Assembly (NCBI GenBank): GCA_965204755.1
Contig: OZ242011.1
Location: forward strand, 2,624,001 to 2,688,000
Direction: 5' to 3'
Origin: Candidatus Marinacidobacterium sp.
GTDB lineage: Bacteria; Acidobacteriota; Vicinamibacteria; Marinacidobacterales; Marinacidobacteraceae
Length of the DNA: 64,000 bases
Positions 57,664-64,000 of this stretch are shown here, piece after piece; position 1 is the first letter of the stretch, and the number at the start of each line of letters is the position of its first letter. Made by a program: the position numbers and the translations under genes. The notes below the pieces were generated by a model, which saw only the letters and a program-made list of their open reading frames with translations, did not search any database and was not told the origin of the DNA.

Positions 57664-58173
57664 ATGACCCGTTCCCGCTCCCGCAACGCCTTCCCGTTCC
57701 CCCTCGCCGCCCTCGCCGCCGCCGCGCTCGCCTTCGGCTGCTCCGCCCCGCCGGCGGACCACGCCGAAGGCGAGGAACACGAGCGGGCCGCGATGGAGAA
57801 GACCCGCCTCAGCGGCCGGATCCCCCCGGTCGGCCCCTACTCCGCCGGGGTGGACACCGGCGGCCTGGTCTTCCTCGCCGGGCAGATCGCCCTCGACCAC
57901 GAGGGCGGCGGGCTCGTCGAAGGCGGCATCACCGAACAGACCCACCAGGTCATGCAGAACCTCGGGGCCGTCCTCGAAGAGGCCGGGCTCGGTTTCGGCG
58001 ATGTGGTCCGCACCGGCGTCTTCCTCGCCGATGTGGAGGACTTCGCGGCCATGAACGAGGTGTACGCGTCCTACTTCCCGGAAGGCGCCATCCCCCCGGT
58101 GCGCACCACCGTCGCCGTCGCCGCCATCCCGCTGGGAGCGCTCGTCGAGATCGACATGATCGCGACGCGGTGA
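57664..58173 (+). CDS. RidA/YjgF family protein with N-terminal lipoprotein signal
   Basis: GPYS, LAGQIAL, FAAMNEVY..YF, P.RTTV and VEID; LAFGC lipobox. Confidence 0.88.
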   Translation: MTRSRSRNAFPFPLAALAAAALAFGCSAPPADHAEGEEHERAAMEKTRLSGRIPPVGPYSAGVDTGGLVFLAGQIALDHEGGGLVEGGITEQTHQVMQNLGAVLEEAGLGFGDVVRTGVFLADVEDFAAMNEVYASYFPEGAIPPVRTTVAVAAIPLGALVEIDMIATR

Positions 58174-58179
58174 CCGCCC

Positions 58180-58382
58180 GCGGGAAGAGCGCCCCGCCCT
58201 CCGATTCTCGACGCGAGGGCGGGAAGTCCCCGTTCGGCGCCGCGGCGGGACGCTCCTCCCACGGGGCCGGCGGCGCGAAACGCTCCGCGATTCCCCCCGC
58301 CATCTATCGCGGGTAGGGAGTTGCCCCCTCCCGGCGCCCCTTCCCGGTCGGCGCTTCGCGCCGACGAGCGCTCCCCGGACGG
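58180..58382 (+). repeat. ~200-bp dispersed intergenic element with GTCGGCGC-TTC-GCGCCGAC hairpin
   Basis: Similar to 21336-21527 (inverted) and 16950-17095; hairpin at 58347-58365. Confidence 0.7.
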
Positions 58383-58451
58383 TCTCCGCCGGCTGTTGAA
58401 GCCCGCGACCACCCGCCCGCGCCCCGAGCCGCCGAACGGCGCGGACGACCC

Positions 58452-59852
58452 CTGAGCGCCACTTCCGCCCGGCGGGGCATCGCCGGGAGGACCGCCGCCC
58501 TGTTCGTGGTGGCGAACATGATCGGGACCGGGGTGTTCACCACCCTCGGCTTCCAGGTCGAGGCGGTGCCCTCCGCCTTCCCGGTGCTCATGCTGTGGCT
58601 GGTCGGCGGCGCGGTGGCGCTCGCCGGGGCGCTCACCTACGGCGAGTTGGGAGCCGCCTTCCCCAGGTCCGGGGGCGAGTACGCCCTCCTCCGCCGCACC
58701 TTCCACCCGGCCGCCGGCTTCGCCGCCGGCTTCATCTCCGCCACGGTGGGTTTCGGCGCGCCGACCGCCCTCGCCGCCTACGCCCTGGCCACCTACCTGC
58801 GGGCGCTCTGGCCCGGCATCGAACCGACGCACTTCGCCGCCGCCGTGGTCGCGCTGTTCACCGCCGCGCACTCGCTGCCCCTGCGGTGGGGCACCGGCCT
58901 CAACGACCTCCTCACCGCGGCCAAGATCCTGCTCGTCGCCGGCTTCTGCGCGCTCGGCTTCTTCGCCGCCGGCGCCGGCGCCCCGCTGCTGCCCCGACCG
59001 GGAGACCTCGGCCGCCTGGCCTCCCCCGGATTCGCGGTGTCCCTGGTGTTCGTGTCCTACGCCTACACCGGCTGGAACGCCGCCGCCTACATCGTCGGCG
59101 ACCTCCGGCGCCCGGAGCGGCTGGCGCGGGCGCTGGTCGCCGGCACCCTGTTGGTAACCGCGCTCTACCTGCTCGTGAACCTGGTCATCCTGCGCGCCGT
59201 GCCGCTCGAGGAACTCGCCGGGCGGATCGAGGTCGGCTACCTGGCCGCCGACCGCATCCTCGGCCCCGTCGGCGGCCGGGTGATGGCCGGGCTCATCGCG
59301 CTGGTGCTGGCCTCCACCGTCAGTTCCATGGTCTTCCTCGGCCCCCGCGTCGTCCGGGCGATGGGCGAGGACGAGCGTTTCCTGCGCCCGCTGGGCCGCT
59401 CCGGCCCGAGCGGCATCCCCCGCCGCGCGCTCCTCTTCCAGGGAGCGCTGACCCTGGTCTTCCTCTACTCCGGCGCCTTCGAGCAGGTATTGCTCTACGC
59501 CGGCTTCTCCCTGAACCTGATGACCGCGCTCACCGTCGCCGGCGTCTTCCGCCTCCGTGGCGGCCTGTTCGGCCGCCGACCGACCCTCGCCCCCGACAAC
59601 CCCGCCGCCCGCTTCCGCGCGCCCTTCTACCCTTGGACGCCGCTCTTCTTCCTCGCCATGAGCGCCTGGGCGCTCGGCTACACCCTGCTCGAACAGCCGG
59701 TCGAGTCCTCCTTCGGCCTCGCCACCGCCGGCCTCGGCATCCTCCTCTACCTGCTCTTCGCCCGCCGCCCGCCCCGCTCCCCTTCAGACCGCCGACGCGG
59801 TCGCGCGTTCGATGACCCGACTCAGACCGGAAGCCCGAAGATCGAGTCCTGA
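58452..59852 (+). CDS. APC-family amino acid permease (true start unclear)
   Basis: VVANMIGTGVF, YGELG..FPRSGGEY, YAYTGWN and many TM helices. Homology extends upstream of the first canonical start at 58506. Confidence 0.88.
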   Translation: MSATSARRGIAGRTAALFVVANMIGTGVFTTLGFQVEAVPSAFPVLMLWLVGGAVALAGALTYGELGAAFPRSGGEYALLRRTFHPAAGFAAGFISATVGFGAPTALAAYALATYLRALWPGIEPTHFAAAVVALFTAAHSLPLRWGTGLNDLLTAAKILLVAGFCALGFFAAGAGAPLLPRPGDLGRLASPGFAVSLVFVSYAYTGWNAAAYIVGDLRRPERLARALVAGTLLVTALYLLVNLVILRAVPLEELAGRIEVGYLAADRILGPVGGRVMAGLIALVLASTVSSMVFLGPRVVRAMGEDERFLRPLGRSGPSGIPRRALLFQGALTLVFLYSGAFEQVLLYAGFSLNLMTALTVAGVFRLRGGLFGRRPTLAPDNPAARFRAPFYPWTPLFFLAMSAWALGYTLLEQPVESSFGLATAGLGILLYLLFARRPPRSPSDRRRGRAFDDPTQTGSPKIES

Positions 59853-59929
59853 CCGTTCGCCGCCTGGAGAGCAGGGAGCCTCGCATCCAGCGTAGCCAGC
59901 CGCCCATTCACATCCAGAAGACAGATCAC
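59822..59929 (-). pseudogene. vapC: VapC/PIN toxin remnant with large in-frame internal deletion
   Basis: GTG overlaps the antitoxin stop. Reads MICLLDVN|GRLATLDARL..., i.e. PIN N- and C-terminal motifs fused in 35 codons. Confidence 0.75.
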
Positions 59930-60153
59930 GGAAAGTCGCTCAACGCCTTCCGCACATCCTCCGTCGTGATCGGGCGGGCGTCGGGTCTCACTCGAACACG
60001 GGGCAGGTCGTCCTTGGATTCGATCCTGCTCCGCTCACTGAAGCCGCGGCGAGCCAGTTGGGATACCGCGTCGCCCAAACTCTTCCCGGTGCGCGCGGCG
60101 AGGGCTCGCGCGACGGACAGCACATCGTCGTCGATCTTCAGAGTGGTTCGCAT
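59926..60153 (-). CDS. vapB: VapB-like ribbon-helix-helix antitoxin
   Basis: MRTTLKIDDDVL..AR.LA...GKSLG.AVS.LARRG. Confidence 0.85.
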   Translation of the reverse strand: MRTTLKIDDDVLSVARALAARTGKSLGDAVSQLARRGFSERSRIESKDDLPRVRVRPDARPITTEDVRKALSDFP

Positions 60154-60313
60154 CACTGCACCATAGCGTCACGAGCCAGCGCCGGAAGCCGCGGCCCTGC
60201 CGCTTGGGCTCCAACGGCCCGTCGGGGAGTCTCCGGATGGGAGCGCGGAATATGCCCGTCTCAACAAGCCGTATGTCAACGACTTTTCTCAAGAACCCGG
60301 CTGGAACTTCCGA

Positions 60314-61075
60314 CTAAAGGCGGCGGCGGGGGTTCATCATCGTGCGCCACATGTGGGCGGTCGGGCTGTTGTCGAACCCGAGGCCTTCCTTCGGCTGGCG
60401 GAAGTGGCGGCCGACGATGTCCACGAACGGTTCGATCGTCGGCTTCGCGTCCGGGTCGAAACTGTAGTCGTCGTGGAGGGTGATGGAGCGGGCGTCCATG
60501 TACCACTTGTGGTTCCGGGCGTAGTCGTGGGCGCGCTTCAGGTAGGGCTCCGGCTCGTAGTCGGGGCCGAAGATCCGCGCGTACATCTCCGGGTACTCGT
60601 AGTCCACCGCCGGGTCGGGGAAGAACCGCAGCGCCTGGTGGTAGCGGATCGCCCACGCGACGCGCTCGGGGACATACGGCTCGATCATCTGGGCGCACCA
60701 CCAGCCGTGGTCGGCCCGCACCAGGTTGGTCACCGAGATGTCGTGGAGGAGGCAGGCGAGGACGATCTCCTCGCTCATCCCGTGCTTCATCGCGCGGGTG
60801 GCGCTCTGGAGCACATGCGACGCCGGGGCGAACCGGTGCTCGAAGAAGTCGAGCAGCGTCGGCTTCTCCGGCATGACCGAGAGCGGCTCCTCCCCCTCGG
60901 AGCCCCGGAGCGGCGGGCGCTCGGGGCTCTTCGCCGCGGTCTCGCCGTCGAGCGCCTCGATCATCGCGTGCTCGAGCGCCTCCGCCCGGTCCGCGAAGGA
61001 GAGGCCCACCGCCGCTCCCCCGCCGCCGATCGTGGCCGCCGCCTTCAAGAAGATCCTGCGATCCAGGTTCGCCAT
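60314..61075 (-). CDS. Tat-exported HD-domain protein (PhnZ/TmpB-like motif spacing)
   Basis: DRRIFLK Tat motif; HVLQSATRA, LLHDI, DHG and RYHQ. Confidence 0.75.
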   Translation of the reverse strand: MANLDRRIFLKAAATIGGGGAAVGLSFADRAEALEHAMIEALDGETAAKSPERPPLRGSEGEEPLSVMPEKPTLLDFFEHRFAPASHVLQSATRAMKHGMSEEIVLACLLHDISVTNLVRADHGWWCAQMIEPYVPERVAWAIRYHQALRFFPDPAVDYEYPEMYARIFGPDYEPEPYLKRAHDYARNHKWYMDARSITLHDDYSFDPDAKPTIEPFVDIVGRHFRQPKEGLGFDNSPTAHMWRTMMNPRRRL

Positions 61076-61245
61076 GATTCCCGTTCCCTCCCGGTTCCGG
61101 TTTCCGGTTTCGAGATACCGCCGCCGGGGGACGGAGGCGCGGTCGGGCCGCCCCTCCGCCCGGCCTCCGGCGGCCGGCTCGCTTAGTATAGGAACGAGAG
61201 GCTACGACAGCGCGCGGCGGGCGAATCGGCGAGGAAATCGGGACG

Positions 61246-62556
61246 ATGACTCGGGCGCGGAAGAACCCGGCCGCGGCGGCGGGCGAACCCGGTTCGGCGG
61301 CGGACGCGTCCCCCGCCCGAAAGCCCCCGCGCCCGACCGGCGCCGAGACCGCCGCCTCTTCCGTCCCCTCCTCCATCCCTGCCGGCGGGCTCACCCGCCG
61401 CCGCGCCCTCGCCGCCGCCGCCCGCCTCTTCCCGGCGGCCGCCACCGCGACCGCCGCCGCCTGCGCCGGCCGCGCCCCGGCCGCCGCGCCCGACCTCCCC
61501 CCGCGCCGGCCGGACTTCTTCCTCCCCCCGGTGAAGGTCTCCCGCGACCGGGTGATCCGCACCGTGGTCGGGCTCCGCCCCTTCCGCCCCTCCGGCTTCC
61601 GCGTGGAGACGGAAGACCTCGGCGGCGGCCGGCGGCTCGTCCACAACTACGGCCACGGCGGCGGCGGCGTCACGATGTCCTGGGGCACCGCTTGGCTCGC
61701 CGTCGAGGAACTCCTCGGCGAAGGCCCGTCCCCGGCGCGCGCCGCCGTCCTCGGGTCGGGCGCGGTCGGGCTCGCCACCGCCCGCCTCCTGCAGCGCCGC
61801 GGCGTGGAGGTGACGATCTACACGAAGGACTTGCCTCCCCGGACCACCTCGAATGTGGCCTGCGCCCAGTGGTCGCCCTTCTCCGTCTCCGACCCCCGCG
61901 TCCACTCCGACGAGTTCCAGACGCGTTTCGAGCGCGCCGCCCGTATCTCGAACCGCATCTTCCAGGACTTCGTGGGCGCCCGCTACGGCATCCGCTGGCT
62001 CACGAACTACCCGCTGAGCGATGTCCCCTTCGGCGGCCCCACCCGCCCGGAAGCGCTCGCCGACCTCTTCCCGGACACCCGCGCGCTGCCGCCCGGCTCC
62101 CACCCGTTCCCCTCCCGCCACGCCCGGCAGTTCACCACCATGATGATCGAGCCCCCGGTCTATCTGGGCGCGGTCCTGCGGGACTTCCGCCTGGCCGGCG
62201 GCCGGGTCCGCATCCGGGACTTCCGCTCGCTGGACGAAGTGGCCTCGCTCCCGGAGCGCCGGGTCGTCAACTGCACCGGGATCGGCGCCCGCGACCTGGT
62301 CGGCGACGAGGAACTGACCCCGCTCAAGGGGCAACTGACCATCCTCCTGCCCCAGCCGGAAGTCCGCTACATCGCCCTGAACTCCGGGCTCTACATGATG
62401 CCCCGCGCCGACGGCATCCTCCTCGGCGGCACCCGCGAGTTGGGGGAGTGGTCGCTGGAGCCGAACCGGGAGGCGGAGGAGCGCATCCTGACCGGCCACG
62501 CCGACTACTTCGACCGGATGGCGGCCCTCCGCTCCCGGTTCCGCCGCCCGGCCTGA
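61246..62556 (+). CDS. FAD-dependent D-amino-acid oxidase-like protein (permuted order), Tat-like signal
   Basis: TRRRAL, VGLRP, HNYGHGGGG..SWG, GSGAVG, VVNCTG.GA and P.KGQ. Confidence 0.85.
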   Translation: MTRARKNPAAAAGEPGSAADASPARKPPRPTGAETAASSVPSSIPAGGLTRRRALAAAARLFPAAATATAAACAGRAPAAAPDLPPRRPDFFLPPVKVSRDRVIRTVVGLRPFRPSGFRVETEDLGGGRRLVHNYGHGGGGVTMSWGTAWLAVEELLGEGPSPARAAVLGSGAVGLATARLLQRRGVEVTIYTKDLPPRTTSNVACAQWSPFSVSDPRVHSDEFQTRFERAARISNRIFQDFVGARYGIRWLTNYPLSDVPFGGPTRPEALADLFPDTRALPPGSHPFPSRHARQFTTMMIEPPVYLGAVLRDFRLAGGRVRIRDFRSLDEVASLPERRVVNCTGIGARDLVGDEELTPLKGQLTILLPQPEVRYIALNSGLYMMPRADGILLGGTRELGEWSLEPNREAEERILTGHADYFDRMAALRSRFRRPA

Positions 62557-62893
62557 CCCGGCGCGGCGCGGACGCGCCGGGCGAATCCAACCCGCCGAAC
62601 CGATTTCGGAGATTCGGATACGAACCCCTGCGCGGAGGCGGTCCGGTTCGCGTTTTCCGCATATAACTACTAGGAAATAAAGGCGTTACGGGAGGGCGGC
62701 GCCGACGCCGTTTCGGCCCGCCGGTTGCCTTGCAGTTGTGCGCGGGGGCGGAAATCCCTTACCATCCCGCCTCTTTCCGCCCGGATCGTCCGATCCGGCG
62801 CCTATTCCATCGCTCGCTCGCCTTCTGTCCGTGTCGTTCGTCAGCAGGTTCGGGCGGGAGGCTCTTGCCCACATCGAACCCAGGAGAGGATTC

Positions 62894-64000
62894 ATGAGAG
62901 CGTATTTCTTGCGGAGCGTCGCGGCGCTCGGCATCCTTGGATTGGCCGCGGGCGCCTTTGCCCAGACCTTCCAAGGAAGCATCCGCGGCCTCATCACGGA
63001 CCCCGACGGCGGCGTCCTTCCCGGCGTCTCGGTGACCATCGAGAACGAGGACACCGGGGTCACCCGGACCGCCGTCTCCAACGCGGTCGGCGAATATGTG
63101 TTCGCCAACCTGCAGCCCGCCACCTACACGGTGCGCGCCGAACTCAGCGGCTTCGCCCCCTTCGCGAGCGAGGGGCTGATCGTCGGCATTTCCGCCGCCC
63201 TGGTGGTGGACGCCACCCTCTCGATCGGCGGCATCGAAGAGACGATCACGGTCATCGGCGAGACGCCGCTCATCGAAGCCGCGACCGCCTCCGTGGCGGC
63301 GGCGGTGGACCGGGCGCAGTTGGAAGTGCTGCCGACGCCCGGCCGCAATGTCTTCATCATGTCGGTCACCACGCCCAATGTGGTCCACACCGGCGACCCC
63401 TTCTGGGTCAAGCAGTCCGACCAGACGAACTCGTCCCTGCTGTCGCTCGGCGGCGGCCCCCTCCGCGGCAACAACTACACCGTGGACGGGATCTCCACCA
63501 CCGACCTGCGCAACCGGTCGGTGATCATCCCGGTGTTCGAGGCGGTGGAGGAGATGAAGGTGCAGACGAACACCTACGACGCCGAGATGGGCCGCACCGG
63601 CGGCGGCGTCTTCAATGTGATCCACCGCCGGGGCACGAACAACTGGGGCGGCAGCGGCCTCTACCAGTACCGCACGCCGAAGGTGAACACCTGGCTGCGC
63701 AAGTTGTACTACCACGAGCAGCAGGCGTTCAACGCCGGAGAGAGGACCCAGGAGGACTTCAGCGAGCGTCCCTACGGTCTCTACGGCGGGTCGTTCGGCG
63801 GCCCGATCCTCGAGGATCGGACCTTCTTCTGGCTGGCCACCGAGGGCTACGCCGACCACCAAGCCCGGAATGTGACCATCGTGCTCCCGAGCGCGGCGGA
63901 AGCGGCCGGTGACTTCTCGCAGAGTGGCGTCACGATCTACAACCCCTACGATCTCGACGCCAACGGCAACCGGCGCCCGTTCCCGGGGAACCGGATTCCC
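62894..64000 (+). CDS. TonB-dependent receptor with carboxypeptidase-regulatory-like N-domain (3' truncated; missing from ORF track)
   Basis: GGAGAGGA SD; MRAYFL...AFAQTFQGSIRGLITDPDGGVLPGV, ETITV, NNYTVDG and YDAEMGRTGGG. Open to the window end. Confidence 0.92.
   Translation, partial: MRAYFLRSVAALGILGLAAGAFAQTFQGSIRGLITDPDGGVLPGVSVTIENEDTGVTRTAVSNAVGEYVFANLQPATYTVRAELSGFAPFASEGLIVGISAALVVDATLSIGGIEETITVIGETPLIEAATASVAAAVDRAQLEVLPTPGRNVFIMSVTTPNVVHTGDPFWVKQSDQTNSSLLSLGGGPLRGNNYTVDGISTTDLRNRSVIIPVFEAVEEMKVQTNTYDAEMGRTGGGVFNVIHRRGTNNWGGSGLYQYRTPKVNTWLRKLYYHEQQAFNAGERTQEDFSERPYGLYGGSFGGPILEDRTFFWLATEGYADHQARNVTIVLPSAAEAAGDFSQSGVTIYNPYDLDANGNRRPFPGNRIP

Overview
High-GC bacterial chromosome segment, probably Acidobacteriota (inferred from a CarboxypepD_reg-type TonB receptor, TPR proteins and many Tat/lipoprotein-exported enzymes). 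The backbone carries ggt, glnS, soxCD, a rubrerythrin/Fe-S/DUF3501 operon, a signalling cluster, amidohydrolases and a permease. Three defence-like patches interrupt it. (1) 1-8269: DUF262-type/Schlafen fusion, two AAA-DUF4143 ATPases, an RNA ligase and a type IIG-like methyltransferase. (2) 23137-26350: a DUF2971-like gene converging on a ubiquitin-like operon (Ubl, Cys-less E2, JAB-E1 fusion with a 1-nt frameshift). (3) 39817-48040, the best candidate for an undescribed system: a tightly coupled 7-gene operon of IscS/DndA, DndC, DUF262-DUF1524 (SspE/GmrSD-like), SNF2, ParB, HTH-like and beta-CASP nuclease, with no dndD/dndE in the window. Also present: a 116-bp tandem array, a ~200-bp dispersed element, an internally deleted vapC and a promoter-driven small ORF with a strong hairpin. 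I recognised no tRNA, rRNA, CRISPR array, integrase or transposase. All family calls are by eye from motifs; no database searches were run, and start codons were re-picked where the ORF track is over-extended.
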